This document shows, in pieces, positions 45,290-56,436 of a DNA stretch of 64,000 nucleotides; the first letter of the stretch is position 1, and each line of letters starts with the position of its first letter. The position numbers and the translations under genes were made by a program. Under the pieces are notes generated by a model, which saw only the letters and a program-made list of their open reading frames with translations, was not told where the DNA came from and ran no database searches. The stretch is from Rhodocyclaceae bacterium UBA2250. GTDB lineage: Bacteria > Pseudomonadota > Gammaproteobacteria > Burkholderiales > Rhodocyclaceae. Where the stretch lies: assembly GCA_002347285.1 (NCBI GenBank), contig DDXW01000042.1, positions 13,583 through 77,582 of the forward strand, written 5' to 3'.

Positions 45290-47250
45290 AGCACTTCCTC
45301 CTTTGGCTGCTGTGGCTGCCGCTGGCGGCGCGGGCGCTGCCGCATCTCGAACTCGATGTGTCGCTCGATCCTGCGACGCGGCAGCTCGACGTGCGCGCGA
45401 CGTTGTCGGACGAGCATGAGCTGCGCTCCTTCCGGCTCGGCCGGGAGTACGAGGTCACCGCGCTGCAGGTGAATGGACGGCCCCATGCCCGGTCGAGCCG
45501 CCCCGCCAGCGCCGAGTTTCCACTGCCGGCCGGCGCACGCCGGGTGGAACTTGCCTACCGCGCAACGCTGCCGCCGACGCCGACGCTCGATCACCGCCAG
45601 GTCCTCGGCCAGCGCGGCGGCACGGCCGGGCAGCAGGGCAGCTTCCTGCCCGCTTCGGCCGGCTGGTATCCCGATCCGGGCGTGCCGTTCAGCTATCGAG
45701 CCGCGCTGCGCCTGCCGGCTGGCCAGAAGGGGCTGGTGCCGGGCGAGCTGCGCGAGGAATCGGAGTCGTCCGCCGGCTATCGTGCCGTGTTCGATTTCCC
45801 CCATCCGGCCGAGGGCATCGACCTGATGGCCGGGCCCTACGTGGTCCGCGAGCGAGCGCTTGAGGTCGGCGCGCGCACGATCCGCATCCGCACCTGGTTC
45901 CATCCCGAGCTGCAGGAGTTCGCGCAGCCTTACCTCGACGATTCGGCGCGCTACATCGCGCGCTATTCGCAGCTGATCGGCGCCTATCCGTTCTGCATGT
46001 TCAGCATCGTCTCCAGCCCCACCCCCACCGGCTACGGCATGCCGAGCCTCACCTACCTCGGCCGCGAGGTGATCCGCCTGCCCTTCATCCGCGCCACCTC
46101 GCTCGGCCACGAGGTGCTGCACAACTGGTGGGGCAACGGCGTCTATCCCGACTGGCGGAGCGGCAACTGGTCCGAGGGCCTGACGACCTTCCTCGCCGAC
46201 TACGCCTACAAGGAAGATGCGGGTGCGGACGCCGCGCGCGAGATGCGCCTCGGCTGGCTGCGCAACCTCGCCGCCGTGCCGCCCGGCGAGGACAGCGCGC
46301 TCAAGGACTTCACCGCGCGCCGCCACGGCATCTCCTCGATCATCGGCTACGACAAGGCGGCGATGGTCTTCCTGATGCTGCGCGACGAGATTGGCAAGGA
46401 CGCCTTCGAGCGCGGCCTGCGCCTCTTCTGGGAACGCAAGCGCTTCCGCGAGGCCGGCTGGGCCGATCTCGAAGCCGCCTTCGCGCAGGCGGCGGGCCGC
46501 CCGCTGCGCGGCTTTTTCCGGCAGTGGGTCGACCGGCCCGGCGCACCTGCCCTGCGGCTCAAGTCGGCCGCGATGCAGGGCGGCCAGCTCGAACTCGGCA
46601 TCGAACAGAACGGCGGCTATGCGCTGGAAATTCCCTTGCGGCTCGGCTTCGCCGACCACACGGAAACACGGAAAGTGCGCACGACCGGACGGGAAACCAA
46701 GCTCGCCATCGACAACGCGGCGGGCGCGCAGACGGTCGAACTCGATCCCGACTACCGCCTCTGGCGGCGCGTCGATCCTGCGACGCTGCCCGCGATCCTG
46801 CGCGAAGTCTTCGTCGCGCCGCGTGCCGCGCTGGTCTTACTCGAAGTCGATGCAAACGCCCGCACGGCCGCACTCGCCCTGGCCGCGCGGGTGCTTGATG
46901 CAAAGCCGGTGCAGGCGGAAGACGGCGCCGCCGGCCTGCCCGGCAGCGCGCCCGCACTCGTCATTGGCCCGGATGCCGCCGCCGACGTCTGGCTCGCCCG
47001 CCACGGCCTGCCGCCGCGGCCCGCGGCCGCACACGGCAGCGCCCAGGTCTGGACCGGTCGCGATGCAGGCGGTCGGCCCTATGCCGTGGTTGCGGCGCGC
47101 GATCCGGCCGCCCTCGCGGCGCTCGCGCGGCCCCTGCCCCACTACGGCAGCCAGAGCTGGCTCGCCTTCGACGGCGCGCGCGCCATCGACAAGGGCGTCT
47201 GGCCGCCGCGCAGCGCGCTGCTTCAGGTTAGAACGGGCGCATCACACTGA
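45286..47250 (+). CDS. Exported M1-family zinc aminopeptidase
   Basis: HEVLHNWWGN (HExxH), WSEGLTT, IGYDKAAMVF; ATG overlaps the upstream stop. Confidence 0.88.
   Translation: MKHFLLWLLWLPLAARALPHLELDVSLDPATRQLDVRATLSDEHELRSFRLGREYEVTALQVNGRPHARSSRPASAEFPLPAGARRVELAYRATLPPTPTLDHRQVLGQRGGTAGQQGSFLPASAGWYPDPGVPFSYRAALRLPAGQKGLVPGELREESESSAGYRAVFDFPHPAEGIDLMAGPYVVRERALEVGARTIRIRTWFHPELQEFAQPYLDDSARYIARYSQLIGAYPFCMFSIVSSPTPTGYGMPSLTYLGREVIRLPFIRATSLGHEVLHNWWGNGVYPDWRSGNWSEGLTTFLADYAYKEDAGADAAREMRLGWLRNLAAVPPGEDSALKDFTARRHGISSIIGYDKAAMVFLMLRDEIGKDAFERGLRLFWERKRFREAGWADLEAAFAQAAGRPLRGFFRQWVDRPGAPALRLKSAAMQGGQLELGIEQNGGYALEIPLRLGFADHTETRKVRTTGRETKLAIDNAAGAQTVELDPDYRLWRRVDPATLPAILREVFVAPRAALVLLEVDANARTAALALAARVLDAKPVQAEDGAAGLPGSAPALVIGPDAAADVWLARHGLPPRPAAAHGSAQVWTGRDAGGRPYAVVAARDPAALAALARPLPHYGSQSWLAFDGARAIDKGVWPPRSALLQVRTGASH
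45497..45519 (-). repeat. 23-bp dispersed motif, exact; inside the M1 peptidase gene
   Basis: Plus strand GCCGCCCCGCCAGCGCCGAGTTT, read as R-P-A-S-A-E-F. Confidence 0.95.
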
Positions 47251-47266
47251 ATCAGGATCGCTGTCT

Positions 47267-47782
47267 TCAATCCTGTAACACGCCGCCTAATTCGCGCTGC
47301 ACTGCCTGGTGGAACCGTGCGTAGAAGCTGCGGTCCGTGATCGTTTCGCCGTAGGTCTTGACCTGATGATCAGCTTCGCGCTGGCTGCTGACGGAGATAG
47401 GCGCGACGAGAGGAACGCCGAGCGAGGTGCTCTCGCGGCTCGTCTTCACGTCGAAATGCTCCTCGGTCGCAGTCACGAACAGGGTGGAACCTTTTTCCCG
47501 CGGACTGCAGGAGACATAGACGTGCACAACGGCACGCTGCGCTTCCTCGATCTGGAATTCCTTCACGCCGACGAGCTTCGTGCCATCCCGGCCCTCAACG
47601 TGATAGCCATCCCCTAACAGCACGCGCTGGGCGGCTGCACATACGGGCATCGCGGCAGAGGCCAACTCCCGGCGGTGACGCGGATCGCTTTGAAAATCCT
47701 CTCTGTCCGCCCACGTCGGCGTGCCACCGCACGCGGAAAGCAGGAGGGGTAGCAGCGCCACGGTCCAGCCTGAATATTTCAT
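47267..47782 (-). CDS. DUF2242-like lipoprotein
   Basis: Lipobox LLSAC, CAAAQRVLLGDGY, ETITDRSFYARF; family recalled from motif resemblance only. Confidence 0.65.
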   Translation of the reverse strand: MKYSGWTVALLPLLLSACGGTPTWADREDFQSDPRHRRELASAAMPVCAAAQRVLLGDGYHVEGRDGTKLVGVKEFQIEEAQRAVVHVYVSCSPREKGSTLFVTATEEHFDVKTSRESTSLGVPLVAPISVSSQREADHQVKTYGETITDRSFYARFHQAVQRELGGVLQD

Positions 47783-47864
47783 CTTTTTCTCCCTGCCCAT
47801 CGATCGATGCTTCACATTTAGCCCATTTGCCAACCGAATCCAATGTCGACCGTATCGAGGGAGG

Positions 47865-48239
47865 TCACCTTTTCAGCACGCCGAGCGCCAGTGCCAGCCA
47901 GGCGAGGATGAAGGCGCCGCCGCCGAAGGGCGTGACGGCGTGCAGCGCATGGAAGTCGGCCAGGCTGCGCAAGTAGAGGTTGCCGCTGAACAGCAGCGTA
48001 CCGGCAATCATCAGCCAGCCGGCGGCAGTGATCCAGCGCGAGGCGAGGCGGTCGGCGAGCAGGCCGGCGACGAGCAGGCCCGGCGCGTGGAACTGCTGGT
48101 ATTGCAAGGCGGTGCGGAACCAGGATTGGGACAGCTCGGGCAGATTGGCGAGCGCGTGGGCGCCGGCCGCGCCGAGCGCGACCGAGATTGCGGCGCTCAA
48201 TGTGCCGCAGGTAAGGCACAGTTTGGCATTGAAGTTCAT
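47865..48239 (-). CDS. DUF423 family membrane protein
   Basis: ALGAAGAH, YQQFHA, GTLLFSGNLY, TPFGG. Confidence 0.88.
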   Translation of the reverse strand: MNFNAKLCLTCGTLSAAISVALGAAGAHALANLPELSQSWFRTALQYQQFHAPGLLVAGLLADRLASRWITAAGWLMIAGTLLFSGNLYLRSLADFHALHAVTPFGGGAFILAWLALALGVLKR

Positions 48240-48244
48240 GGCTG

Positions 48245-48267
48245 AAAGTCGGCGCTGGCGGGGCGGC
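48245..48267 (+). repeat. 23-bp dispersed motif, 1 mismatch; katG-DUF423 gap, with inverted half-copy at 48281-48292
   Basis: AAAGTCGGCGCTGGCGGGGCGGC ... CCGCCCCGCCAG. Confidence 0.92.
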
Positions 48268-48303
48268 GCAGGATAGCGCACCGCCCCGCCAGTCAGACAT
48301 GTT

Positions 48304-50565
<2,262 letters not shown>

Positions 50566-50619
50566 TTATCCCAAAAGCGGGCGTGAAGACAGCATAGGCA
50601 AACCCCGCCAATCAATCCA

Positions 50620-50656
50620 ATTGAATGACGGGATCGAATCGATCGCTAATAACTAT
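50620..50656. promoter_or_regulatory. OxyR-like box upstream of katG
   Basis: ATTG-N7-GGAT-N7-ATCG-N7-CTAT, correct tetranucleotide spacing, degenerate. Confidence 0.55.
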
Positions 50657-50681
50657 CGCACCGGCATTGCACCGGCGCGTT

Positions 50682-51074
50682 TCAGGCGGCGTCCAGGAGC
50701 GCTTTGGCCCAGCCTTCCATCGCTTCGTTGGCCGGCTTCATCGGCGCCTCGAGGAAGTTGACGATGAACTTGTCGCCGCAGTCGGCGATGCCGATCGAGC
50801 GCGGCCGCACGGCGAGCACGTTGGGGTTCGGCAGCTGCAGGCCGAAGCAGAACACCAAGTTCTTGGCGGCCTTGATTTCGGGCGCGATGGCACCGCCGAG
50901 CTTGGTGGTATGCGCGTAATGGTCGAACTCGGCAATCCACGCCACCCGGCTGTCGGCGGCGATGGCGGTCTTGAGGCGTGCGACAACATCATCGATCGAC
51001 TTGCAGGTGGTTTCCTGCTTGCCGATTTCGAGCACGAAAACCGGATATTTTTCCTGCAGCATGATCTGTTTCAT
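50682..51074 (-). CDS. Conserved hypothetical protein (DUF6858-like)
   Basis: QEKYPVF, FDHYAHT, LVFCFG, VRPRSIG; family name from memory, unverified. Confidence 0.7.
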   Translation of the reverse strand: MKQIMLQEKYPVFVLEIGKQETTCKSIDDVVARLKTAIAADSRVAWIAEFDHYAHTTKLGGAIAPEIKAAKNLVFCFGLQLPNPNVLAVRPRSIGIADCGDKFIVNFLEAPMKPANEAMEGWAKALLDAA

Positions 51075-51076
51075 GG

Positions 51077-51601
51077 TTATTCCTCAGAGTTGGGGGTGGG
51101 AGTGGCAAGGCGCTGCGCCAGCAGCTGTTCGAGCGCGCTTTCATTCTTGGCATAGTCGATGGCGGCGAGCTTGCCCGCATCGAATGTCAGCAGGGTCACC
51201 GCCGCCTCCTGGCGCGGCAGGAAGGCGACCGGTCCCGCATCGCGGGCGAGCAGGATCGGGAAGGGCCGCGCGCGGAAACCCGGCAGCGCGAACATCGTCG
51301 TCACCAAGGACGGCATGCGGCTGATGTCGAACACCAGCGCGAGGCGGCCGGCGAGCACGGCATCCTTGTACGCCTTCTCGACGACATCCTGCGCCCAGTC
51401 ACCGGGCTTGCGCTCGGCGGTGAAGAGTACGACCTGCAGTTTGTCGCCGGCGAGGCTGACGACCTTGTCGTGCTGGTCGGACAGGGTCAGGCCCGGCCAG
51501 GGCGCGCCGGTCTCCGGTGGAGCGGCTCCGGCGACAAGGCACTGGAAGGCCAATGCCAGTGCCAGCAGCCCCCGGCTCAATGGGCGCAGCCGCAGCCGCA
51601 T
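51077..51601 (-). CDS. Exported hypothetical protein, thioredoxin-like fold without CxxC
   Basis: Signal peptide, LSDQHD, DISRMPSLVTTMFALP; closely coupled to its neighbours. Confidence 0.7.
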   Translation of the reverse strand: MRLRLRPLSRGLLALALAFQCLVAGAAPPETGAPWPGLTLSDQHDKVVSLAGDKLQVVLFTAERKPGDWAQDVVEKAYKDAVLAGRLALVFDISRMPSLVTTMFALPGFRARPFPILLARDAGPVAFLPRQEAAVTLLTFDAGKLAAIDYAKNESALEQLLAQRLATPTPNSEE

Positions 51602-51981
51602 GCGTGCCCGCCGTGGTGTTCGCCGTGACCGTGATCGTGTGGCGCGGGTGATTTGAGGCAGCCGGCGAGAAAGGCATGCACTGCGGCTTCCGGGTCCGTT
51701 TCCGCCGTCGCGACGACGCGCACACCGCGCCGCGCCATGCGGCGCACGAAGCCCTCTCCCGAGCTGGCGGTGATCAGGATATCCGTTGCGTCGAGCGGAT
51801 GCGGCAGGCGATCGTCGAATTCGTGCATGGCCATTTCCCTGGGGAGGTCGAGCCGATCCGCTTCCCTGACCGACATGTCCGCGGCGACTTCAAAGACGAG
51901 GAAACGCCGCGCCTTGCCGGCATGACCGGTGACGGTGCGGAAATTCTGGCTGGAAACGGCGATGAGGGTAGTTGCATTCAT
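51577..51981 (-). CDS. NifB/NifX/NafY-like metallocluster-binding protein with His/Cys tail
   Basis: IAVSSQNFRTVTGHAGKARRFLVF, GEGFVRRMARRGV, tail HDHGHGEHHGGHACGCGCAH. Confidence 0.78.
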   Translation of the reverse strand: MNATTLIAVSSQNFRTVTGHAGKARRFLVFEVAADMSVREADRLDLPREMAMHEFDDRLPHPLDATDILITASSGEGFVRRMARRGVRVVATAETDPEAAVHAFLAGCLKSPAPHDHGHGEHHGGHACGCGCAH

Positions 51982-51997
51982 GTCAGTGTTTCTCCTT

Positions 51998-52615
51998 TTA
52001 GGCGATGGAGCTGTCCTCCCCGATCAGCAGGCGCGTTTCGGCCAGGTACTGGTGGGAAGGAATCTCCAGATTGGTGGGTGCCGGCATGTTCTTCAATACC
52101 CGGCCGGCCAAGTCGAACTGGGAGCCATGACAGGGGCAGAAGAAGCCGCCGTCCCAGTCGGGCGACATGCCCTGCGTTGCGCCCGCCTGGAATTTCTCCG
52201 TCGGCGAGCAGCCCAGATGCGTGCAGATGCCGATGGCGATGAAGATCTCCGGCTTGATCGAGCGATGCTCGTTGGTCGCGTACGCCGGCTGCTGAGGCTT
52301 GGCGGATGCCGGGTCGGCGAGCTTGGGCGCCACTTTCTTCAGTGTCGCCAGCATTTCCGGGGTGCGATGGACGATCCACACCGGTTTGCCGCGCCACTCG
52401 ACCGTCATCATCTCGCAGGGCGCGAGCTTGGCGATATCGACCTCGACCGGAGCACCGGCGGCGCGTGCGCGTTCCGAAGGGGAAAAGCTCGCCACGAACG
52501 GCACGGCGACGGCCAAGCCTGCTGCTGCTGCGGCGGCGCTGGTGGCAAACAGAAGCTGTCGACGCTTGGGATCGATCGCTCCCATGCATTGGCAGGAGGC
52601 GGTGCAGGCGTTCAT
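51998..52615 (-). CDS. Rieske 2Fe-2S protein, PetA-like, with no adjacent petB/petC
   Basis: Tat-like KRRQLL plus TM, VEWRGKPVW, CTHLGC and CPCHGS boxes, PAPTNL. Confidence 0.92.
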   Translation of the reverse strand: MNACTASCQCMGAIDPKRRQLLFATSAAAAAAGLAVAVPFVASFSPSERARAAGAPVEVDIAKLAPCEMMTVEWRGKPVWIVHRTPEMLATLKKVAPKLADPASAKPQQPAYATNEHRSIKPEIFIAIGICTHLGCSPTEKFQAGATQGMSPDWDGGFFCPCHGSQFDLAGRVLKNMPAPTNLEIPSHQYLAETRLLIGEDSSIA

Positions 52616-52825
52616 GGATGGAATCCCTGTTGATGGTGCGTCATGACACTCAAGGAACGTACCACCTGCTGAACCACAAGACGATAATTCTATGTCGATG
52701 AAAAATAACAAAAACTTTTTTTTCTGGCACTCCCCTAAATAATGCATGTCAGATATGACAGTATTTCATGGCGGAATACTGTCAATATGACACTAATTGC
52801 AGCATGCGTAAAAATAGCTTGCGCT

Positions 52826-52862
52826 TGAGAACGATTCTTATATACACTAAGAACTATTCTCA
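52826..52862. promoter_or_regulatory. Two Fur-like boxes upstream of hemP-bfd-bfr
   Basis: TGAGAAC-G-ATTCTTA (52826-52840) and TAAGAAC-T-ATTCTCA (52848-52862), both resembling the 7-1-7 box at 55401. Confidence 0.65.
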
Positions 52863-52869
52863 CTATTGA

Positions 52870-53082
52870 ATGGTGGCGTTCATGAGTGCTCAAGTGATCC
52901 GCCGGTCTGCTCCGCTGGAGGGCAGCCGCGCCCAGGCCAAGCTGGCGGACAAGGTGGCTGCCGCGCATTCGCTCGACACCGGCGTGCTGTTCGCTGGCAG
53001 CAGCGAGGTCGTCATCATGCATGGCCCCGAGATCTACCGCCTGCGCCTGACCCGCCAGAACAAGCTGATCCTGACAAAATAG
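52870..53082 (+). CDS. hemP: Hemin uptake protein HemP
   Basis: [31 protein letters not shown]; may start at 52882. Confidence 0.9.
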   Translation: MVAFMSAQVIRRSAPLEGSRAQAKLADKVAAAHSLDTGVLFAGSSEVVIMHGPEIYRLRLTRQNKLILTK

Positions 53083-53094
53083 GAGAGCCGCATC

Positions 53095-53304
53095 ATGTAC
53101 GTCTGCGTCTGCCATGCCGTGACCGAACGCGATATCGAAGGTGCCGTTGCCGGCGGCTGCTGTTCGCTGCGACAATTGCGCGAGCAGCTCGGCGTCGGCA
53201 GCACCTGCGGCCGCTGCACGCGCTGCGCCCGCGAGGCGATGCAGGACTCGCTGCAGCCGCGGGTTTCCCCAACCGGCATGGCGCTGCGAGCCGCAGCGGC
53301 TTGA
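53095..53304 (+). CDS. bfd: Bacterioferritin-associated ferredoxin
   Basis: [10 protein letters not shown]...GSTCGRC. Confidence 0.92.
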   Translation: MYVCVCHAVTERDIEGAVAGGCCSLRQLREQLGVGSTCGRCTRCAREAMQDSLQPRVSPTGMALRAAAA

Positions 53305-53318
53305 ACAGGAGAGCGCAC

Positions 53319-54050
53319 ATGAAAGGCGACAAGAAAGTCATCCAGCTGCTCAACAAGTGTCTGGTCAATGAACTGACCGCGATCAACCAGTACTTCCTGC
53401 ATGCGCGCATGTACAAGAACTGGGGCTTCAACGCGCTCGGCAAGCACGAGTACGAGGAGTCGATCGAGGAGATGCACCACGCCGACAAGCTGATCAAGCG
53501 CGTGCTGTTCCTCGAAGGACTGCCCAACCTGCAGGCACTCAACAAGCTGCTGATCGGCGAGAGCGTGCCGGAATGCCTGGCCGGCGACCTCAAGCTCGAG
53601 CACGGCGCGCACGCCGACACCAAGGCCGCGCTGGCGCATTGCGAGGAAGTGAAGGACTATGTCTCGCGCGACATCCTGCAGGACATTCTCGACGACACCG
53701 AGGAGCACATCGACTATCTCGAAACGCAGCTCGAACTGATCGAGAAGGTCGGCTTGCAGAACTACCTGCAAACGCAGATGACCGATCTTTACCTGCCGCA
53801 CGTCGCCTCCTATCTGTTTCCGGCCTGGATCAACGCGCTCGGCAATTCGTGGCGCGTGGTGGTGATGGCCGAGTTGCTCTCCTCGGCCGACGGCATCGGC
53901 GCGGCGCTGGCGGTGTCGCGCAGCCAGCTCGAAATGGAAGCCACGCTGACCTGGATCGCCGCCGTGGTGCTGTCGCTGCTGGCCGTCGAATACCTGCTGC
54001 TGGAGCCGGTCAAGCGTGAAGTGGAACGTTGGCGGGAGACGGAAAGATGA
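53319..54050 (+). CDS. bfr: Bacterioferritin fused in frame to an ABC-permease C-terminus
   Basis: [46 protein letters not shown] (154 codons), then 89 foreign hydrophobic residues. Confidence 0.88.
   Translation: MKGDKKVIQLLNKCLVNELTAINQYFLHARMYKNWGFNALGKHEYEESIEEMHHADKLIKRVLFLEGLPNLQALNKLLIGESVPECLAGDLKLEHGAHADTKAALAHCEEVKDYVSRDILQDILDDTEEHIDYLETQLELIEKVGLQNYLQTQMTDLYLPHVASYLFPAWINALGNSWRVVVMAELLSSADGIGAALAVSRSQLEMEATLTWIAAVVLSLLAVEYLLLEPVKREVERWRETER
53781..54050 (+). pseudogene. 3' remnant of a NitT/TauT-type ABC permease
   Basis: [14 protein letters not shown]...[11 protein letters not shown]...GIGAAL resembles the C-terminal segment of SsuC/TauC-type permeases; its stop overlaps the nnrS ATG. 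Confidence 0.7.
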
Positions 54051-55357
54051 GTCTTCGACTGTGCGGTGCAAGCGGGGGACAACGTGATCGGCCTCGCGCG
54101 GCCGGCGGTCCGCAAAGGCCTGGCATGCTGACCGCCTCGTTGCGCGGCATCGCGTCGCTGCGCCATCCGCTCTGGATGTGCGGCCTGCGCCCCTTCTTCC
54201 TGTTCGCCGCCCTGTCCGCTCCGCTGTTCATGGCGGCCTGGAGTCTGTTTTTGTCAGTCGGCCTGCCGTTGCCCGCAGTCGCCGGCGGCCCCTTCGTCTG
54301 GCATGCGCACGAACTGCTGTTTGGCTTCGCGCTGGCAGCGATGGCCGGCTTCCTGCTCACCGTCGTGCCCGAGTTCGCCGGCGGCGACGATTTCACCGCG
54401 ATACCCGTGCGCCGGCTCGCCGCGCTCTGGCTGTTCGGCCGAGCCGCGTTCTGGACTTCCGGCCTGTACGGCAACGCCGCGCTGGCGCTGGCGGGCGTCG
54501 CGCATCTGGCCCTGCTCGGCGGACTGGCGCTGCTGGCCGCGCCGCGCCTGTGGCGCGATCCGGAGCGCAAGCATCTGGCCTTCCTCTGGGCGCTGACGGG
54601 CTTCGCCGTCTGCATCGCCGGCTTCTACTTCGACGCGCTGCGCGGCGAGCATCCCGCCCGCTGGCTGCACGCCGCCCTCGGCATGTTCATGATGCTGATC
54701 ATCGTCGCCATGAGCCGCATCTCGATGCGCATCGTCAATCACGCGATCGAGGAAGCCGGCATAGTGGGAATCGAATACCGCGCCCGGCCGCCCCGGCGCA
54801 ATCTGGCGATCTTCTGCATCGGACTCTATACGGCGGCCGAATTCCTCGCGCCCGGCGCGCGCCTCGGCGGCTGGCTGGCGCTGGCCGCCGCCGGCGCGCT
54901 GTTCAACCTGATGAACGACTGGCACGTCGGCCGGGCGCTGCTGCGCCAGCGGCCGCTGATGCTCTACTGCGTCTATGTCGCCATGGCGGCGGGCTATGCG
55001 GTCATGGGGCTGTCGCTCGTGTTCGAGACAGGAGCATTCAGCGCTGGCCGCCATCTGCTCACCGTCGGCGCCCTGGGGCTGGCCATCTACGCGGTGATGG
55101 GCATCGCCGGCCGCGCCCATTGCGGCATGCCGTTCGAGACGCGGCGCTGGCTGCCGGCCGGTGCGCTGCTGCTGGTCGCCGCCGCCGTCGTGCGTGCCGC
55201 CTCTGCGTGGCCCGGCGCGGACGCACAGGCATTGCTGGTGGCCGCCGGCCTGCTGTGGACCGCGGCCTACGGCCTGTTCGCCTGGCACATGGCGCCGCTG
55301 TTCCTCGCGCCGCGCGCCGACGGACGCTTCGGCTGCAAGGGCACCGCCATTCCCTGA
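54047..55357 (+). CDS. nnrS: NnrS family protein
   Basis: [40 protein letters not shown]; start may be further downstream. Confidence 0.88.
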   Translation: MSLRLCGASGGQRDRPRAAGGPQRPGMLTASLRGIASLRHPLWMCGLRPFFLFAALSAPLFMAAWSLFLSVGLPLPAVAGGPFVWHAHELLFGFALAAMAGFLLTVVPEFAGGDDFTAIPVRRLAALWLFGRAAFWTSGLYGNAALALAGVAHLALLGGLALLAAPRLWRDPERKHLAFLWALTGFAVCIAGFYFDALRGEHPARWLHAALGMFMMLIIVAMSRISMRIVNHAIEEAGIVGIEYRARPPRRNLAIFCIGLYTAAEFLAPGARLGGWLALAAAGALFNLMNDWHVGRALLRQRPLMLYCVYVAMAAGYAVMGLSLVFETGAFSAGRHLLTVGALGLAIYAVMGIAGRAHCGMPFETRRWLPAGALLLVAAAVVRAASAWPGADAQALLVAAGLLWTAAYGLFAWHMAPLFLAPRADGRFGCKGTAIP

Positions 55358-55398
55358 CCCCCACGAAAAAAATAGTCGCATCAGAAAAATTGTTTTAT

Positions 55399-55417
55399 TA
55401 TGAGAATGATTCTCATA
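55399..55417. promoter_or_regulatory. Fur box
   Basis: TATGAGAAT-G-ATTCTCATA, perfect 9-1-9 inverted repeat 41 bp upstream of the ATG at 55459. Confidence 0.85.
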
Positions 55418-55458
55418 TAATATAGCACTGCATTATCGTTTGCCACGTGGAGAAGTTC

Positions 55459-56160
55459 ATGAAGAAACAGATACAGCATTTCGCCCTGGTCGCCGCGCTG
55501 TCATGCCTGACCGCCCTCCCGGCGCATGCCGAGCCGCCGATGAACGTCGACGACGCCGGCACGCTCGGCAAGGGCGGCCTGAAGGTCGAGGGCGTCCTGG
55601 GCCGCGACGACAAGGAGCGCGGCGGCGAGCTGGTGTTCGGCTTCGCGCCGGTCGATGACGTCGAGATCGGCATTTCCGTCGCGCGCGCCACCGACCATGA
55701 TCCCGATCCTTCCTCCAAGCTGCGCGGCACCGGCATCGGCGTCAAGTGGGTGCCGATCCAGAACGAGTCCGGCTGGTCGCTCGGCGCCAGCTTCGGTTAC
55801 GGCCATACGCGGGTGAATGAGCGTTCGGCGCCGGACAAGTTCACCGAGAAGGAGTACGCCTTCTCCGGCCTTGCCACCTACCGTTTCGAGCCAGGCCAGG
55901 TCGTGCACCTGAACCTCGGCGCGACGCGGGTCAAGGCGCAGGGGGACAGCGATAGCGTCGGCACCTGGGGAGCGGGCTACGAGCATCCCCTCGCGGAAAA
56001 CCTCAAGCTGACGGCGGAAATCTTCGGCGAGGAACATGCCGGACCGGACAAGGCGATCGGCCTGCGCTACGAGATTTTCGAAGGCTTCAAGGTCTCCGGC
56101 GCGGTCGGACGCGGCAACGACCGCAGCTTCGGCCAGGTCGGCTTTTCCTGGGAATTCTGA
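55459..56160 (+). CDS. Putative outer-membrane beta-barrel protein
   Basis: Signal peptide (LPAHA|E), alternating amphipathic strands, C-terminal VGFSWEF beta-signal. Confidence 0.78.
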   Translation: MKKQIQHFALVAALSCLTALPAHAEPPMNVDDAGTLGKGGLKVEGVLGRDDKERGGELVFGFAPVDDVEIGISVARATDHDPDPSSKLRGTGIGVKWVPIQNESGWSLGASFGYGHTRVNERSAPDKFTEKEYAFSGLATYRFEPGQVVHLNLGATRVKAQGDSDSVGTWGAGYEHPLAENLKLTAEIFGEEHAGPDKAIGLRYEIFEGFKVSGAVGRGNDRSFGQVGFSWEF

Positions 56161-56183
56161 AAACTCGGCGCTGGCGGGGCGGC
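56161..56183 (+). repeat. 23-bp dispersed motif, exact; directly after the outer-membrane protein stop
   Basis: TGA|AAACTCGGCGCTGGCGGGGCGGC. Confidence 0.95.
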
Positions 56184-56205
56184 CCCGCATGAAAGGACGG
56201 ACATC

Positions 56206-56436
56206 ATGACGACACTCGGCGAACTCAAGGCGGGCGAAAGCGCCCGCGTTGCCGGATTCACGGTCGATGACGCAGGATATCGACAGCAACTGCTGGCGCT
56301 CGGGCTGACGCCGGGAGCGCGGGTCGACGTCGTGCGCTTCGCTCCGCTCGGCGACCCGATGCAAATCAGCGTGCGCGGCTCGGCCCTGTTTCTGCGCAAG
56401 GCCGACGCCAGCGTCATCCGCGTGGAGAAACTGTGA
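56206..56436 (+). CDS. feoA: Ferrous iron transport protein A
   Basis: LLALGLTPGA, APLGDPM, LFLRKADA. Confidence 0.95.
   Translation: MTTLGELKAGESARVAGFTVDDAGYRQQLLALGLTPGARVDVVRFAPLGDPMQISVRGSALFLRKADASVIRVEKL

Noticed and set aside
52725-52740. TGGCAC as a sigma-54 -24 element
   Set aside because: No TTGC or GC at the required -12 spacing.
52866-53318. ORF-track 394-aa ORF suggesting an N-terminal extension of Bfr
   Set aside because: The upstream part overlaps hemP and bfd in another frame; Bfr has its own SD (AGGAGAG) and canonical start MKGDKK at 53319.
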